Assembly: GCF_000737315.1 (NCBI RefSeq)
Contig: NZ_JMCB01000022.1
Location: 1 to 64,000, forward strand
Direction: 5' to 3'
Source: Hyalangium minutum
Lineage (GTDB): Bacteria > Myxococcota > Myxococcia > Myxococcales > Myxococcaceae
DNA length: 64,000 nt
Shown here: one piece after another, positions 27,259 to 36,594 of the stretch
How the letters are laid out: each line of letters opens with the position of its first letter
How positions within the stretch are numbered: position 1 is the stretch's first letter
Notes under the pieces: model-generated
Databases searched by the model: none
Told to the model about the DNA's origin: nothing
Seen by the model: the letters and a program-made list of their open reading frames with translations, nothing else
Translations under genes and position numbers: made by a program

Positions 27259-27768
27259 GTGGACGGCCTCGATAAGAAGAGACTGGGCAGGAACATCCGT
27301 CAGGCCCGGTACCGGCTGGGACTGACGCAGGAGCAAATGGCCGAGCTGATTGACATGGCGCCCGAAGTCTACGGGCGTATGGAGCGGGGACAGCTGGTGC
27401 CCCGGCTGGAGCGCTTCGTGGCTCTCTGCCGGGCGCTGGGAGAGTCCCCGGATAAACTGATTTTCCCGTTGGATGCCCAGGAAGCTCTGGAATCCTTGGA
27501 GGAAATCAAAGTCGGAACGGAGGCCTCGATCAAAGCCCTGAGAGAGGCGTTCGCCACGAACCTGCGCGACTCCCGCCAGCGCGTGGGATGGACGCAAGCG
27601 GAGATCGCGGAGAAAGCCCGGATGTCCGTGGACGTCTACGGGCGCATCGAGCGAGGGACGATACTTCCAACGCTGGAGGCGTTCGTGGACATCTGCCGGG
27701 TGCTCGGAGAGATGTCGGATCGGCTGCTGGGTCTGCCACCTCCCAAGCGCATGCGTCGGCGCCGCTAA
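27259..27768 (+). CDS. XRE-family regulator with two tandem HTH domains (paralogue 3)
   Basis: Two copies: LTQEQMAELIDMAPEVYGRMERG and WTQAEIAEKARMSVDVYGRIERG. Confidence 0.88.
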   Translation: MDGLDKKRLGRNIRQARYRLGLTQEQMAELIDMAPEVYGRMERGQLVPRLERFVALCRALGESPDKLIFPLDAQEALESLEEIKVGTEASIKALREAFATNLRDSRQRVGWTQAEIAEKARMSVDVYGRIERGTILPTLEAFVDICRVLGEMSDRLLGLPPPKRMRRRR

Positions 27769-27779
27769 GGGACCGATGA

Positions 27780-27814
27780 CCTGACAGGGCGTCTACTGGA
27801 GTCGACCTGTCAGG
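27780..27814. promoter_or_regulatory. Inverted repeat (terminator or protein-binding site) between the XRE cluster and traA
   Basis: CCTGACAGG (27780-27788) and CCTGTCAGG (27806-27814) form a perfect 9-bp inverted repeat. Confidence 0.4.
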
Positions 27815-28014
27815 ACCGAGGAGGTAGGCTACGGGACTGCGCTGGCGGGAGCAAGACTCCCGCCAGCACGGGGGAGGTGTACCCAACCTCTGACGTCAGT
27901 TTCGTGCGGTCGAAGTGGGGTGCCTGGGGAGGGCCCAGGCATCCCTGCATATATAAGGAGCTGCTTCGCCCAGAACATTGATCGGGTCTGGGGGATAGCA
28001 GAAGATGCAACCCC

Positions 28015-30141
28015 TTGTTCTCGCTACCGTTTCGATGCGCCTCGGCGCTGTCCCTGGTGGTGGTGTGCCTGGCGGGTCCCGCCTGGGCCGCCAAGCTGCC
28101 TGACGTCGTCGTCACTGGAGACCCGGTGGCGCCGTCACCAACGCAGCCGGGCACAGGTCTGTGCGTGGGCAACAGCGTCTCCACGGACCCGGCTGCGGAC
28201 TTTCCCCAAAGCACGTCGTCCTACATCGGCGGCATGAACGACTTCATGGAGCGGACGGTCTCCAGCAGGACCACGTACGTCCTCCGTACGCCGTTTGACC
28301 TGTCCAATAACAGTACGGGCGGCACCCAGGCCAGCCGTGGTGACTTCGTAGATGCCGTGCAGGGGTGTGGCAGCTACGGTTGTAGCTTCTTCATCAATGA
28401 CCCGTTTACGTCATTTGGGTCACGTTTCCGCGGATACCTGAACGTCACCCCGGAGATGATAAACAGGCCGCTGCACTTCGGCTTCTACACCGACGATGCG
28501 GTGAGCCTTGTCATCTTCGACAAGAACAACGTCCAGTATCAGGTCATCAACCGGCCGCCACAGCTCGGCGCAGCAACTTGGCGCACTACCAACAGCGTCA
28601 CCTTCCTGACATCTGGTCTCTACCCCATCGAGATTCTCTACGCGGAGGTTACTGACCACTCCGCACTCGAATTGGCCGTCCTTGATGGCACATTTACTGA
28701 CTTCGAGCGCACCATCACGCAGACCCCCATCGTCAGGCTGAACGACTCAGGCTTCCTCCTCGTTCCTCCCGAGAAGTTCTTCCAGACCGAGACGGGGCGC
28801 CCGTCCTTCCCGGACGATCCCTCCACGCCGGGCGATGAACTCAGCAAGTGTCAGCAGTGCAACCGGGCCAACGCGAATGCGCCGGGCAACGGAGGCTGCG
28901 GCTTCAACTCAGGCTACTACTGCAACGGGGCCGCACTGTGTGCTCCCTGTGACACTTCCCGCGTCTGTGGCCCGAGCTGTTCCCCCTGCGGCCAGGGCAC
29001 CCCCAACTGCGTCAACGTCAACGGCACCTATGCCTGTGTCGAATGCACCGATGATTCCCAGTGCGGTGGCCGCAAGTGCGACCTGACCACCAACACCTGC
29101 AAGGGGTGCCTCGAGGATCGCGCCTGTGGCTCCGGCCAGGTCTGCGACAAGCTCAACTACGCCTGCGTCGAGTGCAACCGCGACGAGGACTGCCCTCCTG
29201 ACGAAGTCTGCGCTCCCGAAATCAAGGAGTGCCGCGAGTGCAACCAGGACTCCGACTGCGAGCGCGGCAAGAGCTGCAGTGGCCACCAGTGCGTCACCTG
29301 CTCCAGCAACGCCAGCTGCGCCGGCAACTCCTGCAACTGCTGCCCCTCGGGCACCCAGTGCGCCGCCCCGACTCCCGGCGCCCAGCCCTCCTGCGTCGAG
29401 TGCACCACCGACAGCCAGTGCGCCGACGGTCAGAAGTGTGACTCCATCAACGGCCGCTGCGTCGATGCCCTCCCCGAATGCAACACCTCCGACCGCTGCG
29501 GCGCCCAGTGCGTCAAGTGCCCCACCGACCGCCCCATCTGCCTCGATGGCCAGGTCTGCGTCGCCTGCCGCAATGACCTCGAGTGCAGCACCGGGCAGTT
29601 CTGTCTCAGTGGCGAGTGCGCCTCCTGCACCACCGACCGACACTGCGGCCCTCGCTGTGCCGCCTGTGACTCGGACAAGCCCTTCTGTCTCACCGACGGA
29701 ACCACCGCCGGCAGCGCCTGCGTCGCCTGCCGCAATAATGCCGACTGCCCCGGTGGCCAGTGCAACCCCTCCACCTTCACCTGCGTCAACACCACCGGCT
29801 GCGAGGAGAACTGCGCCGAGCAGGGCAAGGTCTGCAACGGCTCCTCCTGCGTCGAGTGCTTCGCTGATGCCCACTGCCCCTGCGGTGGCTCGTGTGACGT
29901 GAGCACCGGCACCTGCACCACCACCTGTGCCGACAGCGGAGACTGTCTGGGCGTCGAGTACTGCTCCACCACCACCCAGGAGTGCGAGCGCGGCCGCCGC
30001 AAGCCGGGCACCGCTCCCCAAGGTGGCTCGTTCTGCTGCGAGACCACCCCAACGGACCACCTCGCCTCCACCGGCACCGGCGCCTTCTTCGCCATGCTGC
30101 TCGTAGGCTTCCTCCTCCTCTACTCCCGCCGGGCCTCATGA
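28015..30141 (+). CDS. traA: Outer-membrane-exchange receptor TraA
   Basis: Signal peptide; PA14-like region (SFGSRFRGYLNV, GFYTDDAVSL, GLYPIEILY); many Cys-rich CVECxxDxxC repeats; C-terminal sorting tail (CC...TM...SRRAS); coupled to an OmpA-family gene. TTG start uncertain. Confidence 0.9.
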   Translation: MFSLPFRCASALSLVVVCLAGPAWAAKLPDVVVTGDPVAPSPTQPGTGLCVGNSVSTDPAADFPQSTSSYIGGMNDFMERTVSSRTTYVLRTPFDLSNNSTGGTQASRGDFVDAVQGCGSYGCSFFINDPFTSFGSRFRGYLNVTPEMINRPLHFGFYTDDAVSLVIFDKNNVQYQVINRPPQLGAATWRTTNSVTFLTSGLYPIEILYAEVTDHSALELAVLDGTFTDFERTITQTPIVRLNDSGFLLVPPEKFFQTETGRPSFPDDPSTPGDELSKCQQCNRANANAPGNGGCGFNSGYYCNGAALCAPCDTSRVCGPSCSPCGQGTPNCVNVNGTYACVECTDDSQCGGRKCDLTTNTCKGCLEDRACGSGQVCDKLNYACVECNRDEDCPPDEVCAPEIKECRECNQDSDCERGKSCSGHQCVTCSSNASCAGNSCNCCPSGTQCAAPTPGAQPSCVECTTDSQCADGQKCDSINGRCVDALPECNTSDRCGAQCVKCPTDRPICLDGQVCVACRNDLECSTGQFCLSGECASCTTDRHCGPRCAACDSDKPFCLTDGTTAGSACVACRNNADCPGGQCNPSTFTCVNTTGCEENCAEQGKVCNGSSCVECFADAHCPCGGSCDVSTGTCTTTCADSGDCLGVEYCSTTTQECERGRRKPGTAPQGGSFCCETTPTDHLASTGTGAFFAMLLVGFLLLYSRRAS

Positions 30142-31772
30142 AGCGTTCGCTCTTCCAGGCCCTCGCTCTGGCGCTGGGCCTCGCCACCACCTCCGCCGCC
30201 GCCCAGGACGCCCGCTTCGACGTCCAGCTCTTCCGTCCGTCCGGGGCTCCCCAGGACGTCGTCATGGTCGGTCAGTCCCGGCCCCTCGCGAACCTGTCCG
30301 CTTCCGGTGGCTTCTTCTTCAACTTCTCCTTGGACCCGCTGGTCCTCGTGAACAAGAAGGAGGGCGGCTCCTCCAACAAGATCCTCAGCATCATCGGCAG
30401 CCGCCTCCAGCTCGATGCCATCGCCAGTGTCGGCCTCTTCGATTGGGCCGAGGTCGGCGTCGACATGCCCCTCGTGCTCGCCCAGACCGGAGACAACCTG
30501 GAGGCCATCGGCACCGAGGGCTCTGTCCAAGGCTACGTCCTCGGAGACCTGCGCCTCACCGGCAAGGTCGCCATCCCGGGCCTGCGCCGCCGCGCGGAGG
30601 ACTCGGGCCTGGGCGCCGCCCTCACCCTGGGCCTCAGCCTCCCCACCGGGGACCAGCTGGCCTTCGCCAGCGACGGCGCGCTCACCTATACGCCCGGCCT
30701 CATCGTCGACTACCGCTTCGACAGCGGCATCCTGGTCTCCGCATCCGGTGGCCTCTGGAGCCGCCCGGACCGCATCTTCAATGGCACGCTCGTCGGAGAC
30801 ATGGCGCCCTTCGGGCTCGCGACCGAGATCCCCATCCTCCGCGGCCGCGGCATCACCGCCGTCGGCATGGTCCACGGCGCAGTGGGCCTGGACAAGCTGC
30901 CTTCTCAGCCTCGAGACATCCCCGCGGAGCTGCTCTTCGGCCTGCGCTGGTACAGCTCCACCGGTCTCACCTTCACCGTTGGCGGCGGTGGCGGCTGCGG
31001 CTGCTCGCTCCAGGCGCCCACGCTGCGCTTCTTCAGCTCCATCGTCTGGGTGCCCGCGAAGACCTCCGAGTGGGAGGCACTCGAGAAGTTCAAGCAGCCT
31101 CCCGAGCCTCCACCTCCGCCCCCACCCGACACGGACGGTGACGGTGTCTCCGACGACAAGGACGTCTGCCCGAAGGAGCCCGGCCTGCTCGATCGCGGCG
31201 GCTGTCCCATCCGTGACGCCGATGGCGATGGTGTGGAGGACAGTGTCGACCGCTGCCCGAATGTCGCCGCCGGCCCCGGTGGCAAGAACGGCTGCCCGAT
31301 GGCGCGCATCGCGGGCAACAAGATCCTCATCCTCGAGCCGGTGAACTTCGCCACCGACCAGGACGTCATCCTCTCCGAGTCCTTCCCTGTCCTGGAGGAG
31401 GTATCTCAGGTGCTCAAGACGCACCCGGAGATCCACCTCGTCCTCATCGAGGGCCACACGGACTCGCGCGCGGGAGAGACCTACAACCTCGATCTCTCCA
31501 AGCGCCGCGCGGCCAGCGTGCGCACATACCTGGAAGAGGGTGGCGTGGAGCCCGAGCGCCTGTGCTCGCAAGGCTTCGGCCAGAGCCGTCCCGTGGCGGA
31601 GAACGACAACGAGGAGGGCATGGCCCGCAACCGGCGCGTCGAGTTCACCATCCTCCCGCCACCCGCCGAGGGCGCCCCGCGCTGCCCTGGAGATCCTCCG
31701 CCCGGCAAGAAGAAGGGCGCCACCAAGCGTCCCGCTCCGGCGCCCAAGGCCCCAGCACCGCCGAAGCCGTGA
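30138..31772 (+). CDS. traB: TraB: N-terminal beta-barrel, thrombospondin type-3 repeats, OmpA-like peptidoglycan-binding domain
   Basis: ATGA overlap with traA; DTDGDGVSDDKDVCP repeats; IEGHTDS, LSKRRAASV and NRRVEF. Confidence 0.9.
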   Translation: MKRSLFQALALALGLATTSAAAQDARFDVQLFRPSGAPQDVVMVGQSRPLANLSASGGFFFNFSLDPLVLVNKKEGGSSNKILSIIGSRLQLDAIASVGLFDWAEVGVDMPLVLAQTGDNLEAIGTEGSVQGYVLGDLRLTGKVAIPGLRRRAEDSGLGAALTLGLSLPTGDQLAFASDGALTYTPGLIVDYRFDSGILVSASGGLWSRPDRIFNGTLVGDMAPFGLATEIPILRGRGITAVGMVHGAVGLDKLPSQPRDIPAELLFGLRWYSSTGLTFTVGGGGGCGCSLQAPTLRFFSSIVWVPAKTSEWEALEKFKQPPEPPPPPPPDTDGDGVSDDKDVCPKEPGLLDRGGCPIRDADGDGVEDSVDRCPNVAAGPGGKNGCPMARIAGNKILILEPVNFATDQDVILSESFPVLEEVSQVLKTHPEIHLVLIEGHTDSRAGETYNLDLSKRRAASVRTYLEEGGVEPERLCSQGFGQSRPVAENDNEEGMARNRRVEFTILPPPAEGAPRCPGDPPPGKKKGATKRPAPAPKAPAPPKP

Positions 31773-31781
31773 CGTCTTGCG

Positions 31782-32963
31782 CTACAACCCGCTAGAGCCG
31801 TGGGGGATACACCCCCACCGGCTCATGTCTTCCGCGGAGGTGGTGCACGTGCTCCCCTCGCCACAGGAGTCCGGGTCCATGGGATCACATCGGCGGTAGC
31901 AGGTGTTCACCGCCCCTCCGCCAATGCCGCAAATCTCGTTGGCGGCGCAGCTCTCCGCACGAAGAGGATCGCAGAGCCGCGCGCACCAGAAGACTCCGCG
32001 GCCATGCACCACCCGCATGTTGCACCGCTCTCCCTCCGCGCAGGGCGTCTCGGGGCACTCCCCCTGTACCTCCTTGAGGCACTGATACTCCTGGCCGCCG
32101 ACGGACTTGCAACGCTGCCCACCGGGACAGCCCAGCGCGCGGCAGTCGGGGAAGCAGGCCGCGCCGTCATCGCTCGCCTCGCAGGAATGGCCTTCCGGAC
32201 AGCTGGCCTCATCCTCCAGCCGGCACGGGATGCTGCAGCGGCCCCGGTGGCACAGAAGCCCCTCCTGGCAAGCCCCTGCCGCGGAGACGAACTGGGTGTC
32301 ACAGGTCTCCCCCTCGCGGCGAAGCCCCATGGGGACACACCGGCGGATGACAGAGCTGCTGTCCCACCGTGAGACGCGGCGGCAGACGAGCCCTGGAAAG
32401 CAGTGCCCATCCTCCTCGCACTCGGAATCCAAGCACTCGAAGCGGCGCGTCTCCCGGTTGGCGACACACCCTCTTCCCGCCGGACAATCGCTGTCCTTCT
32501 GGCAAGTGCCACACTGAAAGCCCCCCCCTGCCCGAGAGCAGCGCAGCCCCGAGGAGGGAAGCCCGTCCGCCGCAGAATCCAAGGAGGTGGATGGCAGGCT
32601 CACTCCCGAACTGGGAACGGATTCGCGGGGCGCCGAGGCGTTCTCTGGCACGCTCCGAGGTCCATCCATTCCAGAGAAGGACGCGGTCTGAACGAGACTC
32701 GCGGGGCTCCTCGCGAGACCCGAGGCGAGCCGGGTGGTGGCCTGCATCGGGTACGATTTCCGAGCAGGCACGGATGTCTCAAGAGGAACAAGGGAATTCC
32801 CTGGCTCAGCCCTCGAGCTGTCCACTGCCGGGAGTTCCTGCTCCGTTGGCACCCATACCCCGGCGGCTCCCAAGGCCAGGGCCAGCACGGCAAGGGCGAG
32901 CACCACCGTCTTACGAGAGAACGTGCGCTTCACAAAGAGTCCCCCAGGCGCCGTGACGCTCAT
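31782..32963 (-). CDS. Membrane-anchored or secreted Cys-rich protein
   Basis: N-terminal TM segment, Ser/Pro linker, then dense Cys repeats (CGTCQKDSDCPAGRGC...). Start placed at ATG 32963, overlapping the upstream stop. Confidence 0.75.
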   Translation of the reverse strand: MSVTAPGGLFVKRTFSRKTVVLALAVLALALGAAGVWVPTEQELPAVDSSRAEPGNSLVPLETSVPARKSYPMQATTRLASGLARSPASLVQTASFSGMDGPRSVPENASAPRESVPSSGVSLPSTSLDSAADGLPSSGLRCSRAGGGFQCGTCQKDSDCPAGRGCVANRETRRFECLDSECEEDGHCFPGLVCRRVSRWDSSSVIRRCVPMGLRREGETCDTQFVSAAGACQEGLLCHRGRCSIPCRLEDEASCPEGHSCEASDDGAACFPDCRALGCPGGQRCKSVGGQEYQCLKEVQGECPETPCAEGERCNMRVVHGRGVFWCARLCDPLRAESCAANEICGIGGGAVNTCYRRCDPMDPDSCGEGSTCTTSAEDMSRWGCIPHGSSGL

Positions 32964-33136
32964 CAACAGGATACTTCGGAACAGCACATGAGGGAGCTTC
33001 CATCGGGCGAACAGCCACATGGTCTACAGTCGTAACATCGGGGCATCTGTGGACGGGTCACAGCTCCGCCCAGCAGCGCACCACTCGCAGCGATGATCAG
33101 CAGCCAGCGCAGGCCCGGTCTCTTCATTGGTTCCAT
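32963..33136 (-). CDS. Unannotated 57-aa secreted cysteine-rich peptide
   Basis: Hand translation: MEPMKRPGLRWLLIIAASGALLGGAVTRPQMPRCYDCRPCGCSPDGSSLMCCSEVSC*. G-rich RBS-like sequence upstream; TGATG overlap with the next gene. Confidence 0.7.
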   Translation of the reverse strand: MEPMKRPGLRWLLIIAASGALLGGAVTRPQMPRCYDCRPCGCSPDGSSLMCCSEVSC

Positions 33137-33256
33137 GGAAGTCCCCCCCAGCCACGATTTGCAGCGGCGGCGGGGTATAAGCCAAGAAACCCAGGTTGGG
33201 CGATATGACCTCGGGAGTAGGGGGCCGTTGCAAACAACACAGGTGCCGGCTGCCTT

Positions 33257-34990
33257 CTAGAGAACTCGGGGTCCAGGCTGCGACACGTCACGGCGAATCC
33301 GCGGGCGGCCGTCACGCCCCATCGCCAGGGGCGGCACGTAGAGCCCCAGCCGCTCGCGCGTCCACCAATCCCCCGAGCTCCGCCTCGTGGCGAGATCCGT
33401 CATCCGGTAGTCGTACACCACCGCCCGGATGAAGCGTGGTGGGTGCTCCGGGAAAGGATTCTCGGCGAGCAATCCCAGCACGTCCGGCGAGCCCTCCAGC
33501 AGCCGCACCAGCAGCGACAGGAACCAGCCCGGCGGTGAGCCCAGCGCCGCGAACCACATCTGCCAGTCCAGGCGTGGTTGGTGCGGCGCCACTTGCCTCG
33601 GTGCCTTGTCCAGCCGCGACACCTTGTAGCGGAACACATACTCGCGCCAGTGCTCTCCATCGTCCGAACCTTCGACGGCGATCTCCGGCCTCCGCACGGT
33701 CATCACGCTGAAGAGGCCATAGGGATTCACCCAGCGCAGCGGACGGGCCCACTCGGCCAGGCGCTCCACGAGGCTCAGCTTCCCTCGCGAGAACTCGAAG
33801 CGCTGCGACAGCTCGCGGGCTCCCAGCGCGAGCACAGGCGCCGCCGCAACCCCCGCCAGTGCCGAGCTCCAGAGCGGCCGGGCCCGAGCCGACTCCGCAG
33901 GTAGCCTGGGGAACACTCGCGCCAGGGCTTCGTCATCCAGCAGCCAGAACCCCAACACCAGCGACTGCACATTGAAGAAGCCGTAGTTGCCAGTGGCCAT
34001 GATGGCCGCTTGCAGCAGGTTGAACAGCCAGAAGGCGAGATGCCTCAGCTGCCGAGGCGCGAAGACCAGGAACGGCACCGCCGACTCCAGCACCAGCGTC
34101 GCGGCCGTGGAGAACTTCTGCACCCGCTCGGGCAGGTGGTGCGCATACCAGCCGCCCCGCGTGGGAAGTGGCGCGGTCTCGTAGTAGTGGTTCATGGCGG
34201 TCAGCTCGCGCCACGTGCGATCAACCGACTGGAGCTTGCTCACACCAGAGCCCAGGTAGAGCCGGAAGATGAGCGCTCGAGCAAGCGCCACATGCCACGC
34301 GGAGGGTGCTTCGCGCCCTGGCCCTGGCCGCAGCCCTGGAGGTGCCGTCAGCACTCCGAGCAATCCCATCTCCAGCAGCAGCACATCCCACTGGAAGGAG
34401 AGAAACTCCCGGCCCGCCGAGACATAGGAGAGGTACAGCCCCGAGAGCAGCAGTGTGCACAGCCGCGGGGCCACGTTGAACATCAGCGCAAGCGAGAGCA
34501 CCTGCCCCACCCGGCAGCCTCGCACCAACGCCGCATCGGAGGCACCCCGCCAGAACACCGATGGGATGAGACGAAAGCGCTCGGCCCCCAGCTCCCGCAG
34601 ACGCTCTGAATCCACCAGCTCCCGCATCGGGCTGATGCCCCGCTCACCGTAGAGCCCCAGCACCTGTCTCCCCAGCGACGTGAACGCGATGAAGAAGGTG
34701 CCACCCAACATCCGCATGAACAGCCACCGGGCCAGGCGATACTCAGAAGGCCCCACGTAACGCCGCCCGAAGAGGAGCCGATCCACCCGAGAAGCCGCGA
34801 TCCGATGGCGCGCGATGAACCGGTCTGCGGCGCCTGCGACCGACCTCACGCCAGGCAGCCACCCCAGCCACGCGGCGGCCCTCGTGGCGCGCCCAGGCGA
34901 GAGGCGGAGCATCCGGGCCACCCACCGCCGGCAGAACCCACAGCCCGTGTCATAGAGCACGAGTGGCGTCATCGTCAGGCTCCCACGCAT
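33257..34990 (-). CDS. Lipase maturation factor (LMF) family membrane protein with shortened N-terminal DCC1/DUF393 CxxC segment
   Basis: FLSFQWDVLLLE, HYYETAPLP, GNYGFFN, YGLFSVMT and PHQPRLDWQMWF motifs; VLYDTGCGFC at the N-terminus. Start at 34990 (GGGGAGAG upstream) or 34972. Confidence 0.9.
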   Translation of the reverse strand: MRGSLTMTPLVLYDTGCGFCRRWVARMLRLSPGRATRAAAWLGWLPGVRSVAGAADRFIARHRIAASRVDRLLFGRRYVGPSEYRLARWLFMRMLGGTFFIAFTSLGRQVLGLYGERGISPMRELVDSERLRELGAERFRLIPSVFWRGASDAALVRGCRVGQVLSLALMFNVAPRLCTLLLSGLYLSYVSAGREFLSFQWDVLLLEMGLLGVLTAPPGLRPGPGREAPSAWHVALARALIFRLYLGSGVSKLQSVDRTWRELTAMNHYYETAPLPTRGGWYAHHLPERVQKFSTAATLVLESAVPFLVFAPRQLRHLAFWLFNLLQAAIMATGNYGFFNVQSLVLGFWLLDDEALARVFPRLPAESARARPLWSSALAGVAAAPVLALGARELSQRFEFSRGKLSLVERLAEWARPLRWVNPYGLFSVMTVRRPEIAVEGSDDGEHWREYVFRYKVSRLDKAPRQVAPHQPRLDWQMWFAALGSPPGWFLSLLVRLLEGSPDVLGLLAENPFPEHPPRFIRAVVYDYRMTDLATRRSSGDWWTRERLGLYVPPLAMGRDGRPRIRRDVSQPGPRVL

Positions 34991-35132
34991 GTCTCTCCCC
35001 CGGTGACTCACGGGAAAGATGGGAACCCCAGGCGCTCCTGCCGCTCAGGGGTCAATGCCTGCCCGCCCGGTGAGCAGGGGTCCTATTCCGGCCTCGACTT
35101 TCCTCCCATGGACGATGCGTAGCTTTGCCTGC

Positions 35133-35786
35133 ATGAGTGAGCCGAAGGCGAAAGCGAAGAACCTGGAGGAGGTCGTCCCCGGTGTCTACAACTGGCACGT
35201 CCGCGACGACCGGATCGGCGGAGCCCGCAGCGATGCCTACGCAGTGGTCGACCGGGATGGCGCCGTCGTCCTCATCGACCCGCTCCCCATCGACGAAAAG
35301 CTGCTCCGGCCGCTCGGCAGCATCACGGCCATCGTCCTGACCGCGGGCAACCACCAGCGCTCGGCCTGGCGCTTCCGCAAGCTCTTCAACATCCCGGTGT
35401 GGGCTCCGGAGAACGCGCATGGGCTCGAAGAGGAGCCCGACAACTTCTACACCAGCGGTGACACCCTGCCTGGAGGCCTGACTGCGTTCCACACGCCCGG
35501 TCCCGCCGAGGCCATGTTCACGCTGTGGCTGCAGCAGCACCCCCGGGGCATCGTCTTCCTCTCGGACCTGCTCACTCACGAGGGCCGTGGTCGTCCCGAG
35601 TTCGTCCCAGGCAAGTACCAGGATGATCCGATGCGCACGCGGGCCAGCGTCCGGCGGGTGTTCGATCACCTGCCCGCGGACACGCTCTGCTTCGCCCACG
35701 GCGAGCCCATCGTGGGCGCGGGCAAGTCCGCGCTCAAGCTCGCGCTCGAGCTGGACGACGAGCAGCCCTCCGCTCCAGCGCCGTGA
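35133..35786 (+). CDS. Metallo-beta-lactamase-fold hydrolase with non-canonical motif
   Basis: VVLIDP, LTAGNHQRS, FHTPG, FLSD and FAHG; start at ATG 35133. Confidence 0.75.
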   Translation: MSEPKAKAKNLEEVVPGVYNWHVRDDRIGGARSDAYAVVDRDGAVVLIDPLPIDEKLLRPLGSITAIVLTAGNHQRSAWRFRKLFNIPVWAPENAHGLEEEPDNFYTSGDTLPGGLTAFHTPGPAEAMFTLWLQQHPRGIVFLSDLLTHEGRGRPEFVPGKYQDDPMRTRASVRRVFDHLPADTLCFAHGEPIVGAGKSALKLALELDDEQPSAPAP

Positions 35787-35789
35787 GGC

Positions 35790-36593
35790 TCACAGGCCAG
35801 GTCCGCTGCCCTCTCGGAGCGGACCCTCGTGCACCAGGATGCGCCCGGCCTCCACTCCTGGCGGGACGAGGTGCAGCACCTCTCCCTCCTCGGCGCGGCG
35901 CAGCAGCGCACCCAGCGCGGCCGTGTCGTCCACGGGAACCCGGAGCGTCGGCGGAAGGACGAGCTTCCGCTCCATGGCCGCGACCTGCCGCACCTCGTCC
36001 ATGAGCTCCGTCTCATAGAGGAAGCTGCGGTCCGCATACTCGTGCTCGCCGGGGACGCTCCCCACCAGCCGGAGCGGTCCCAGGCGCGTGTGGACTCGCA
36101 GGCTTGGGTTGTTCCACTGCGCCACACCTCGCATGCGCTTCGCGCGCAGCATCCGCAGCGTCAGCATCTTCACCCACGAGCCCGCCCGGATGCCGCGCAC
36201 GAAGCTCAGCAGCGAGACGCCGATGAAGAGCCCCGGCACCACCGAGGGCGCCGCGTAGTAGGCCGCGCCGATGGCCAGCGCCTCGTCCGAGAGCCCCAAG
36301 CGCTGACGTGCCGCATCCTCGAGCATCCGCGCCGGGCAGCGCAGCAGGCCGATGACTCCGGGCAACAGGTAGAGATCCGACAGCACCCAGTTCGGCACTC
36401 CGATGGAACCGAAGGCGAGCTGGTTCAGCTCCCGGTATTGCCGCACCACCGCCGCGTGGTGCTCGGCGGGGAGGAACCTCACGGGGACGCCCGCGGGCTT
36501 CAGCTCCAGCGCCGCTTCGTTGGCGGAGGCGCCCAGCGCCGCGAGCGACAGCTCCGGGTGGCGCGCGAAGAAGCCGTCGGCCAGCAGATGCAT
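35790..36593 (-). CDS. Hypothetical protein, possible GNAT-like fold
   Basis: Starts 2 nt after the upstream stop; coding-like GC3; no firm family. Confidence 0.7.
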   Translation of the reverse strand: MHLLADGFFARHPELSLAALGASANEAALELKPAGVPVRFLPAEHHAAVVRQYRELNQLAFGSIGVPNWVLSDLYLLPGVIGLLRCPARMLEDAARQRLGLSDEALAIGAAYYAAPSVVPGLFIGVSLLSFVRGIRAGSWVKMLTLRMLRAKRMRGVAQWNNPSLRVHTRLGPLRLVGSVPGEHEYADRSFLYETELMDEVRQVAAMERKLVLPPTLRVPVDDTAALGALLRRAEEGEVLHLVPPGVEAGRILVHEGPLREGSGPGL

Positions 36594-36594
36594 G

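Noticed and set aside
28840-30000. Repeated TGCGTCGAGTGC-type DNA motifs
   Set aside because: Explained by the Cys-rich repeats of TraA.
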